From: Balanoglossus misakiensis
Lineage: Eukaryota; Animalia; Hemichordata
NCBI GenBank assembly: GCA_040954595.2
Contig: CM082579.2
Coordinates: forward strand, 8,793,625-8,857,624
DNA length: 64,000 nt
Direction of reading: 5' to 3'
Shown here: piece after piece, positions 26,501 to 36,895 of the stretch
Position numbering within the stretch: the first letter of the stretch is position 1
Layout: each line of letters starts with the position of its first letter
Translations under genes and position numbers: made by a program
Notes under the pieces: generated by a model
What the model was told of the DNA's origin: nothing
Databases searched by the model: none
The model's input: the letters and a program-made list of their open reading frames with translations, nothing else

Positions 26501-28494
26501 AATTGAAAGAGATCTCGGCCGGTGTGACCTGGAAGTGGGCACACAAAATCTGTCAAGTGTCAGCCTGTTCAATGTAAATAGCACCCACATCAGTGCCCTT
26601 TTTGTAGGTCAGTGCAGGGTGCCTGCCCTGAGGTTTTCTATTTATGACGTGCCGTTGCGTGTTGCAATAAAGCTCATATTTACGTTTGCATTGGCCCACA
26701 GACTGACAAGACTGCCAAAGCATTGATGTATGTAGATGCTGTACTAGCCTTCATTCAGTGTGGGAATGCCATGGAGAGTGACCCCGAGACCAAATCGTCA
26801 CCTTTCACCATGTACTCACAGACATCGGACCTTATAAGGTAGGCGTCTACACAGTTCTTCTCTTCCAGCCCTTTCTGATTCCCTTACTCTGTCTGTCTCC
26901 CTATTCCCTCCCTCCCTCCTCTCCTCTCTGTGTGCCCTCCCCCCCCCCCCTCAATGTCTTGCACATTCTCATATACTTCTGTTTCATATTTCAGGTACAT
27001 TCTGAAGTTCAAGGGTCATGGACCAGATTCAGGAGGGGTCGACAGGAAACTCACTGTTCTTTGGTAAGCACAAAGTGTCATTACTGAACTGCTTATTATG
27101 AAAATCTTCTCAGATGTATGCTTTGTCCACTACCATTTCGATGTGTAATACTACACAACAAGGATTTCTCTGGCATCGTTCATCACTTTTGATCGTTTGG
27201 ACATAGTGAAATCAATAACAGCGTTGCATATCAGCTCAGTTTTGTGGTCTGCTTTCTTCCCCCCCCCCCCCCCCCCCCAGTATGAGATGCCAGTCATTGC
27301 TTTACTTGAGGCTCTTCAAGCTGAAGAAAGAAAACGCCATGAAGTTCTCCAAGATTCTCACGGAGCACTTCAAGACCACGCCCAAGCCCAACGCCCAAGC
27401 ACCTTCACCATATCATGCCAATTGGAACACAAAGTGAGTCTCTTGTTTTTCTTTTACTGATCTGTGTATGTAGGAATGTGTGGTTCGACTGTCAGCACCA
27501 GTGTGGTCCAGGATGTTGTTGTGCATCTGCTGGCATCTGTAGCTCTGTAAAGCTGGGTTGTTTGAGTGAATGTGTGTGTGTGTGCTTCTGTGAGTTTTGG
27601 TCATTAGCCGCCATGTTAGTTGTCTGATTCTTCACAGTGTATCCATATTATTACTGACCATCATCACAAAACTAGAACTGAAAAAAGGATGAAGAATTAT
27701 CACAAACTTACAATTATCTCACATGCGCATTTTCTTTCTGTCACTTCAGATATACGGGGACCCCGTCCCCGATGTCACCGACGCCGTCGCCCGCCGGAAG
27801 TATCGGCTCCTGTGGAAGCCTGGGAAGCAACAACGGCGACAACATGTACCTGACGACCGGCGGCTCCACGCTGACGCCAGGCTCCTCCTCCCAAGCAGGC
27901 AAACTGCCCAACGGGCTGGCCACCCCCTCGGCCTCCCCGGCCACTGTCAGCATTCCACACAGGATACATAGCATTATGTACGAGCAGATCACCTTCACCA
28001 ATTATTTATTATTCGGCCACGACTTGTGGGATCAGGCGGACGTGTTACAGAACGAAAGTCAAGGTGAGATTTTCCTCCCCAAGTAACCCATCTGGGAATG
28101 GTAGTATAAAAACCACTGCTTGAATGAATCTATGAGAGCATGACAGGAACCATCTGCAGATCTAATCGGAATGTATTGCCACCCATTTTACGCACTTGCA
28201 GATTGGTCTATTCGCGAAATGCAACGAAATTAAACCAATCTCAAACAGCCTTGCAAGATTGCTGCGGTCAGATAATTTTCATTGTTCTGTGTGTGTGTGC
28301 GTCAGTGTATATGCACGCACCTTCCACCATTTTACTGAATGTTTTCTTCCTGTCTATCTATTTTATTCTCAGAGTTTTTCAATGCATTGGACAGTCACCT
28401 TGGTCCGCTAACGTTCCACAGCAGTATTCTGGATTTAGTCAAATACGTTCGCCTTGGACTTCACCGCCTCAATTCTGCCACCCTCCACTCGTGA
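17459..28494 (+). CDS. AFF4: AF4/FMR2 family (AFF/lilliputian) super elongation complex scaffold, 3' portion (10 exons; canonical N-terminal exons not found in window)
   Basis: Phase-consistent GT-AG exons: 17459-17579, 18479-19759, 24675-24799, 25210-25617, 26369-26432, 26702-26838, 26995-27063, 27281-27433, 27750-28063, 28373-28494 (TGA). Translation gives family hallmarks: Ser/Asp tract, [27 protein letters not shown]9/ENL-binding-type [14 protein letters not shown], and the C-terminal homology domain ([14 protein letters not shown]; [16 protein letters not shown]; [14 protein letters not shown]; [25 protein letters not shown]; [15 protein letters not shown]...[10 protein letters not shown]). 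The symbol denotes the family, not strict orthology. Confidence 0.93.
18479..19759 (+). CDS. AFF4: AFF large central exon (427 codons; Lys/Ser-rich, AF9/ENL-binding-type motif)
   Basis: ctccgcag acceptor, ATT|gtgagt donor; overlaps ORF 18518..19822; motifs [22 protein letters not shown]. Confidence 0.92.
24675..25617 (+). CDS. AFF4: AFF exons 24675-24799 and 25210-25617 (basic/charged region)
   Basis: NAGNAG acceptor tcagCAG; GA|gtaagt...gacag|G phase-2 join gives Glu; AG|gtgtgt donor; [12 protein letters not shown]-like sequence. Confidence 0.85.
25734..25862. mobile_element. Short foldback/MITE-like element with 18-bp perfect inverted repeats
   Basis: CATATGAAAAATAATGAA (25734-51) and TTCATTATTTTTCATATG (25845-62); degenerate pairing continues inward; no clear target-site duplication. 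Confidence 0.55.
25911..26015 (+). repeat. Degenerate ~55-bp tandem duplication
   Basis: cttgcat.ccaatttg.aacaa...agtggtc.aa..gaaacaatg occurs twice. Confidence 0.7.
26369..28494 (+). CDS. AFF4: AFF C-terminal homology domain exons (six exons)
   Basis: Exons 26369-26432, 26702-26838, 26995-27063, 27281-27433, 27750-28063, 28373-28494 join in frame and give recognisable AFF C-terminal domain sequence. Confidence 0.93.
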
Positions 28495-31400
28495 CCTGTC
28501 AGCCAGCTTTGGGATCGAGGAGAGGACAAGAGAAAAATAACCAAACTCATCACCTGGCAAAACGCAGTACTTCCACAGAACGAGGACCACATCCCCAGGG
28601 TTCTGTCAATCACTGACTCCACACCTGCCAATCATACCTCATTTAGTATGCACACAATAAGGTCACATGGTTGCCCTCAGCCAATGGCTAGGCACTCAGC
28701 TGACAAGAAGTCTTTCAAAACAAAAGAGCCTGTCACCCACTGAAATGCAAGCTCCTCAGAGTTTTAAAAACGTTCAGTATTTTGTCGAGAGTGGGGAGGA
28801 AAAGTCAGTATTCAATATGCAATTATGGTGAAAATTTGGCCAGACAAGCTGCGCAATAGAACTGGTCTTTGCAGACTCGTACTAGCTGAAATAAGTAAAC
28901 ATTATCAGTTGCCTTGGTGGCAGGTTTTCAATCAGGGCTTAGCCCCAGTGGCTAATAATTTTTGGGGGTGGGGGTGGGGGCTGACTTCAGTGTGTGTCTT
29001 AGGGTGTCAGGTCATACCGTTAATTCACCTGTTGTACGAATGTGCAGGTTGGTATAAACGGTAAAATCCAAAGCTTGACCACCTTACGACACTGTAGCTG
29101 GCCAGCCCTAATAGGACGGCCCAGTTGGATTGACATGTAAATCCCAGGGGTCGATTAGCTCATCATAAATTTTGATTGACAGGTGTCAGTCATGACCCAG
29201 TCGATCAGAGGGGGGGCTGATTGGCAGGTCATCAGTTTGATTGACAGGTGGTTTATTTCAGTGCCCTTACCAAATGTGAACACTTTGCCTACAGAGTACT
29301 GCATATATGTTAAATTTTTTGAAGAGAAAGAAACAGACATCACTTTGAAATACATTATATATTATATTCATTATATGCACAGAGAGCAGTTGTATTAATA
29401 ATAATTACATAATATATTTCATGTGGTACTTCTTCTTCCAATGTTGTCATTACTAAAGAAGAAAAAAATGCATGTTTGACTGGTCTGCAAATTCATTCTG
29501 TATTTTTGTGAGAGAGAGAGAGAACAATTGTCATTCAGATTTCACCTGTACTTTTTTCAGTTTCATCCACTTCTCTTGTTTGTATCCAATGTTATGCAAA
29601 TGAGATCAAATCAGAAAGCCAAGATTGATTGCCAAGGTCAGAGTGCAAAGGTCAAAAGGGTCGATTTTTTAGTATTTATTAATTGTTAGACATTCAAGCA
29701 AGGGTAGAAAGAGTGAATATATTTTTAAAGAGATTTGCCTAATATAAAAAAAATTGAACTTTTCTAAGAAAAAACATTGATATTTGTTTATAAAAGAGAG
29801 TTTTATTAGCCCGAATACTTAGCTTTATTTCGGCACAATCAACGGTCTTGACTTGGGCCTCGGAAAGAAAACAGAAATCATTATTTATAAACGCTCAGCC
29901 AGACACAGGTGCAAATGAGGGAGACGTCCCAAGCGTGATCCATTTTTGTTGGTACATGTAGCAAATCTTTTGTATATAATTACTATCAGGTTAAACAAAA
30001 TAGATTTATTTTCTTAGATGCTTTGCACCCCTTAATTACAAACCTTGCAGGATTATCTTCTTTGTCCGAATCGTGACAAATTTGTTTTATACGCTTGCTG
30101 ATTACTTCAGTGAAGAGAGCCGTATTCCACACAGGGGTCAGGAATTTTCGCGCTCCGAAGAGAGAGAGAGTGCGTGAGTCGGCCGTCATTCAACATTCTG
30201 AGCGTCAGAGGAATTTCTAGTTGAAGAACCCAGCACTAGGAGTCACTATGAACCCATTCTGATAGAATGTTGCCAGTTGCAGACTTCTGCAGCATCAGCC
30301 TTAATGCGCAATGATTTTGGAAGTCACTGAGTGTCGTCCACACTGCAAGGAGTTGTTGTTTGGCTGTAACTGTTTTTTTCCCACTGACTTGGGTGGCGTT
30401 TTACACTTTAATCAAAGGCCATTGGCTTAATCTCTGAAATCTAGACGAGGGGCAACTCAGGTTGGCGATGCGAAATAAGACTGCGATATGCCACCCTCTC
30501 CGTCGCTTACAAAAGTACTTAGCTGACTGTAATACATGTGTGCTTTTTTTTATACCAAACTATGATTCCACTTTCTTTTGTATGCATTTACTTAATATCC
30601 CATTGATCTGTGTTTTTTTGTTTATTTGCAACCAATGTTTTCAGTACCTGATAGACAACCACTGTACTATAGAGTTGCTTTTTTGTCAGCTGTCACAGAG
30701 AAAAAGTACCCTGGGGTCTGCGTCACGCCACTGTCAGCACTGGCACGGTACTTCTTCTCTCATTGGTCATGAAACAATCACACGGCACAGCCCCAGCCAA
30801 TCACAGAATGACGGGTAAACTCATTTACATCTCTCTGACTTTGGTCCTTCACTTTGTGCGTGGAATAAACTTGATTCAGGATTACCATGTCAACTCAATG
30901 TACATTTTGCACTTTGAATCTATCTTTGCCGGTGGTGGCAATACTCTGTACTTTACATCCGACCTGAGTCTGGCCGCCTCCTTAAATGAATTCTTGAGGA
31001 CCCCATGCACTTTTCACCTTCAGTTTGAAAAAAGAAATGTCACAACAAACTTCTGCTCAAGGTGTGGGGAGATCTTGCGCCAAAGGATTTGTTTTGTAGG
31101 GATATAGTGCAAACTCGAATCTTCCCAAAGCGTACTGTATCGCAAATATGTATCCCAAGCAAAACAAATGCTCTCAAATTGTCTGACTTTTTAAGTTTAA
31201 CCCATTCTCATCATCCTCCTACACAGGAACAAAGAATGTAACTACACATTTCTAGCAACTCTTCATATCATTATAAGTCATTCTTAAGTTAGCCAGGTGA
31301 AGCAACTCGTCAACAGGGGTACTAACTGGAGTGGGGATAAACTATTACGTTGCAAGGCGATTCAAACCAAGAGTTGGTTTTAATCACTCTTGCTCTCTCC

Positions 31401-34400
31401 TCTTTTTCATAAAATTCCGTGACACGTGGTTCGAAAACAGATATCCATGTGTTACAAATGCAACTGAGAATATTTATGTGACTGAAAAATTTACATTATC
31501 GCATCAGTGGAATAAGTAGTTATTTTTGACATACTCTGCGAAAGATTTCGGCTGCGAGAATAATTATGATAATAATTTAAATGCCGCTTGAAATGTTGAC
31601 TTTTTTCCAAGTGGTTCTGCGCGTCAGACTTTTATGGTAATTCATGCAGATGAGTTATCAAAACCTTGATTCTGATTGGTGGGTGTCACATTTTCCTCTT
31701 TTTTTGATATTCGAATATTGAATCTGACAAACCAATTAAAACTCAGGAGAATTTATGTAGATGGACATGATGAATATCTGCCACAGTCTACCTGTCGCAG
31801 ATTTTTTAGAAAAAAAAACAAACAAAACAAAAGTTATCACTGAGAAGTATAAAAACAAAAAAATGATGACATTCCGCGGAAGGTTGTGACTGTCGAAAGA
31901 ATTTAGTTCTGTACACATGCTTTCTTTTTGTAGAACTTTCAGAACAAAAAACTTGTGTATTTGATTGTGTATTTTGTGCAACCGTCTTTTTGTAAGGTAT
32001 TGTCTTTATTTATGTATCAATGAAAAAAATGTATTTCTTTCTTGTACATATGTACAATTTTTTCAAGGTTTAATAGGTGGCCCAAGTTGAAAAGTAGTTA
32101 AATACTAAGTACTAGCCTTAAAAGGCATACTCAACACTGCAATTTTTTTTTCAATTTTTTTTTCTTCAAAAGTCAATGGGAAAGTACATTTGGACATTGA
32201 TTTCGTTTTCCTTGTTTGTTGAAACCAAACGCTCCAATCGAAATGACTTCAGCATTTTCCTGCCACCCTGTCAGTGTTTTGTAGACCGGTATGTGACTGA
32301 AAGTCACTAGGGTCATTGTAAGATACAATGAATGTAACAGAAGAAATTATTTGTTCTTTTAAAAGAAGCACAGTCTGAATCAGACAATATAGGAATAATG
32401 CATCCTCGGTTCTGTAGCTGCATTCCATTAGTTCAACATTGGATTTACAAAACTTGATGAACATGTGCAAGAAGAAGACATGGACAGGCTCATGCTTCAT
32501 GGCTAAAAATCCAAAATCTCCACAATCAGTTGTTTTAATTTGATGCATTTTCGCCTTAATGTGTGCCTAGTCCTCAGCTGATAATTTTAACCCCTGGGTT
32601 TTGTGCTGCCTTCAAAATATAAAGAATGAAGCTGATCTCACAAAGACATTTACCATTACCTTAATGCTCATTTCGGGGTTGTTTTTTTCTTCATAGCTGT
32701 ATTCAACACATCTAGCACATAGCCTTCCTCTGCAAACTCCACAACTCTGCTCAGTGCGAGAAATGTTTTCTTTGGAAATCTATGTACATAGTGACTCTTC
32801 ATTCAGCAAATCTTTTTTTTTTGTAATTTAACTCAATCTTGTGGAACAGAAACTAAGCAAGAGAGAAAAAGTGCAGGGGAGGAAAGACAGACTGAGAGGC
32901 ATAAGATGTAGTAAGCAGGGTCTGAAGCATCTTCTATGTTCGTAAGTCACCCAAAGGGAAGGGCTGCACCAGCTGAGTTCAAAAATCATGATCAAATTTA
33001 CTTAGAGCTGTCACAGCACACAACCTGAAAACTTGCTAAAGTACCTTTCACACGTGTATGCATATCACAGCGTACTGGACACCAGGCCTGGTCCGTCGAG
33101 GGCAAATCCTGAAAGAGGATCTTGGAAACTTGAAAAAAAATCATGTTTTGCGAAGATTTAACGGAACATATCGTATAGGGGAGGGATGGGGGGGGGATCT
33201 GGGGTAGAGAGTTTTGGAACTGCCTCAGTGGCCAGGTGCTTGGTATCCAGTATAGCTCACTAACATGACGTAGGGAGAGCATATCACACACAGTTTCTTT
33301 GCGGCTCACTATTTTCATATCTTTCACATCTGTCACCGTGGATATGTATATTTTTTGACAGAGCTTTAAACTCACAATAAGTTGTCTTAATTTCCTTGTT
33401 ACTGTAGAGGTATTTAATGACTGAATCCAAAAAATAGAAGTCTGCCAAAACTTATCAGGGGATCATGAAATCCTGAATCGGTTCAGTCTCTGTGCCAACA
33501 AAAATATTTTGTTGAGGCTCGCGGACTCATCTGTCCCGAGCAGAGTGTTCTAGATGAGGACGAAATACTCTCCAAGAAAAGAAAGCCATGTATGTACGGA
33601 TGTTTTATGCACCACTACAGCTCTCGAAGAGTGGAACATTTTTTAATTTGTAGACCAAAATGAAATACATGTAATGAGATTAATTTTGTGCAAAAGCCAG
33701 TGACGTCCTACCAAGGGCGAATGACAGAGATGGTCTGATTAATTTATTGTTGTACATTAACTATGTAAATGAAGACCAAATATTTTGAGAATTGTATCAA
33801 AAACACAATCCTGCCAATTTGTATTTCAAATATAACCCTGTCAGTGGGTGTCTATCGGCATGTGTATATTCTGATGCTCGAATTGTAACCGGTTTGAGGG
33901 ATCTCCATCGCACCAAATAACCACCCACCTGCTGGCTGTTTATCTGGTCGGAATCACAAATGAGTACATGTATTGTGCAACCAGGGGACTTTAACCATTT
34001 ACTGCAAATGGTTATTCATTGTGCCAAATAATCACCTCAATGTATGGTGTTTATCTGGTAGTGTTCCCCCAGTCCCCTGCTGGCAGGGTTTTATCTGAGT
34101 GGGCCACTCACTGTTGCAGCAAATTCCCCAGTAGCAGTGCCACTGACTGTATCCTGCCTTTAGGGTTTGGGAGGGTTTTATCCAGTAGGGGGATATTCAC
34201 CACATTGAATAATCACCCACTGAGTGGGTGTTTATGTGGCAGTAATGTCCTGGTTTTTTTTTTTCATTTCATAGGTATAATATCATTACACCAATAATCA
34301 CCTCCTCACTTGGTGTTTATCTGGTGTAAACCCCCAGTATCCTGCCACTAGGGTTTTAGCACAGAGGAAAACACATGCCACAGACTGCCACATTGAATAG

Positions 34401-35110
34401 GGGAGAAATCAACAAAATATAGCTACATAACTGCATATTCTGCTGTCATTTTTGCATAAATATCACTGCTTAATATGTACACTTAATATACTATTTCATC
34501 TTCCTTCAAATGAACTTCTTTTTTCCTTCCTTGGGTAAATTAAAAGCTGAATGACATGAAAAGCTTCAAAAATGTGTATATTTCGGTAGCTGAATCCTTG
34601 TCCATTTGTATATTTTTATGATAATTCTCGGAAGAACCCTTTGTAAGACCAAGGTCTCTGCAAAAAATTGGCACTGACAATGCCTTTGTGCTTGTTTTGT
34701 ATTCTATTTAGAAAAAGAAACCAAGTATATTTTCCCATTTCTTGTACAGACACAGCCAAGTACTTTGGATTGTAATTGTTATTTTTTTTCCTCCTTCTCT
34801 GGATCCTATGTTCCGAGGAGGCTTAGGTTTAAATATAAATGCAATATGAATATAAATTGTTGAAAAAAATTCTGATCTCTACAAACCATATGTTCATTAT
34901 TATTACTGTTATTAAACAAGACACCTTAAAGTGTGTGCGTTTTCATAATTATTGCGAAGTTTTTCCAGTCTTATTTTCTGTGTGTGTGTGTGTGTGTGGT
35001 ACTACTAGTAGCAGAATATGACTGTCTTCTGCAGAAGTGTTCGGGTACATGAGTGTGTGTGTGTGTTTGAAAATATTCAGAGATGAATAAACAAAATTAA
35101 TGTGTTCTCG
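28495..35110 (+). other. Probable long 3' UTR of the AFF gene
   Basis: No coding signal; AT/TGTA-rich; AATAAA at 35086-91 followed by GT/T-rich sequence; an alternative AATAAA at 30864. Confidence 0.55.
33829..34329 (+). repeat. Five dispersed dyad motifs AATAATCACC-N9-GGTGTTTAT
   Basis: Units at ~33829-33860 (degenerate), 33912-33948, 34022-34060, 34200-34239, 34286-34329. Confidence 0.8.
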
Positions 35111-35259
35111 TTTATCCACACTATCCTTGTTACACCCTTCATTTATTCAGTTTATCTACAAAATATCAGAGAACATTAATCCACCGTTGGCCCAAGGCTT
35201 TTCTGGGTCTGAACGTTGGAGGCGCACTAGTTACTCGTGGAGGCAAGTGTTATAGATTT

Positions 35260-35435
35260 AGAAAGCTTTGATTTTTTCAAGAAAAAGTTGCATATTTTTT
35301 AGAGTCTGGTTTTGTTAGGGAACATTTGAACCAAGTTTCGTGCAATGATATAAAGATTGAGATGGTGAAGAGGTGGTTGAGAGATAGAGGAAAAGATTAC
35401 ATCTCGAGAGAGAGACTCGGACTTCGTCCCTTTAA
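35260..35435 (-). mobile_element. Possible non-autonomous DNA transposon fragment (TTAA-flanked, Kolobok-like end)
   Basis: Ends in ggacttcgtcccttTAA (reverse complement TTAAAGGGACGAAGTCC), a terminus style seen in TTAA-targeting elements; the other end was not found. Confidence 0.3.
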
Positions 35436-36027
35436 ATAGGCCACAATGGCTTTCCCTTGAGTGACCTTACATACCTATGTTGTATCAACGAATGTCAGAA
35501 AGAAAGAGTTTTCGATAGGAAAGGTTTCTGGGGTCACACACCTTATCACATGTCTAAGAGACTGTCAGATTATAAGATATATACAGAATTACGGCGCCAA
35601 CTTTGGTGACACTTACCACGGTTGGCAATTTCGCAAGGTTATGATGGTTGTACACATGCACCTTATAGTTTTAACATTTCTAAAGTTACAAAATGCACAT
35701 TTGGATATTATTTTTTGAAATTAATAATATATTTCCGAAACCTCTGCGCGATATTTTACAAAGCCTCCTACATATATTGGTCTGTCGGTCTTGTTGTCTT
35801 ACCATCCATACTGAGAGATACATGTACGTATTTGTAGTGTATTGTCGTTTAATTTCTTGTTTGCATAATTTGGCTTTGAACTAATGGGGATTTTCATGGA
35901 GACACACATCCCAATAATTACTGCAGAAAATGTGCTGTATCTTGCCTACCATGACGCGCATGCAGTCACTTTACAGCTTCACATCCATGCTTAGAAATGT
36001 TTATAACATACAACAGGCCAGCCACGG

Positions 36028-36304
36028 GGGCGTGTTCAGTTTACAACTTCAACCTGATTGTGTTGGCAGCAAGCAAAGTACAAGTAGCTCTCTAAGTTTA
36101 TCTGATTGGAAAGCGCAAGGCCGATATCTTTTTATGACAGTAATGACTCTTAATAGCTCCCATTTGGTGAAAGTGCGTGTTTAAAAAATCGATATCTGCC
36201 AACCTTCTACTAAGATTCGATATACAGGAACGTCACCTTCTTATTTCTTAAACTGTCGCTTGCAAGCAAAGGGCGTGTTCAGTAATTTCAGGGTTTGGGT
36301 AAGT
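36028..36304 (+). promoter_or_regulatory. Putative promoter and non-coding first exon of SLC7 copy 1
   Basis: GGGCGTGTTCAGT occurs twice (36028, 36271); reverse CCAAT near 36105; donor GG|gtaagt at 36299; matching acceptor tgtcAG at 36883-84 just before the ATG at 36896. Confidence 0.4.
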
Positions 36305-36574
36305 CGCGATTTTATCTCGCCGTGTAACACGATTTTAAAGCGAAGCACGACCTATAACGGAAATCCTAAGCTCTTCCGAAAATACCTCAACATATTGATA
36401 CATGTATGAACTTTGGTCAAATTGAAACCCCGTGGTACATAAAATGTTTGCATATTCAAAAGCATCTCAAACTAACGTGTTCATCGTGGAATGCGTATCA
36501 GCTGCCTATCAAACACTGACAGAATGAATGAATGCTTGAATAAATAAATAAATGAACGTTTGAATGAATGAATG

Positions 36575-36576
36575 AA

Positions 36577-36655
<79 letters not shown>

Positions 36656-36657
36656 AT
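36575..36657 (+). repeat. (TAAA)n microsatellite
   Basis: About 20 TAAA units preceded by TGAA units. Confidence 0.95.
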
Positions 36658-36895
36658 GCAACCACAAAAAAGTCGTCTCCGCCAAAGCAGGCGTAATCTC
36701 TTCTGCCGAATGCTGGTAATCATGAAGCTATAACCAAAAGAATATCGAAAACATGGAAAAATATTGCTGAAAATTTCTGGTTTTAGCACGGTCCTCCAAA
36801 CGCATGCTATGTTACTATACAGCCTTCTCGGTGTTTATGAACCCTCCCTCAACTTGAGGTGGTTTTATTCACGCAAATTGTCAGAATCTGTCGAA

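Noticed and set aside
33829-34329. Hairpins as IRE, SECIS or H/ACA snoRNA
   Set aside because: No CAGUGN loop on a proper 5-bp upper stem, no UGA/GA quartet with apical AA, and no consistent H and ACA boxes.
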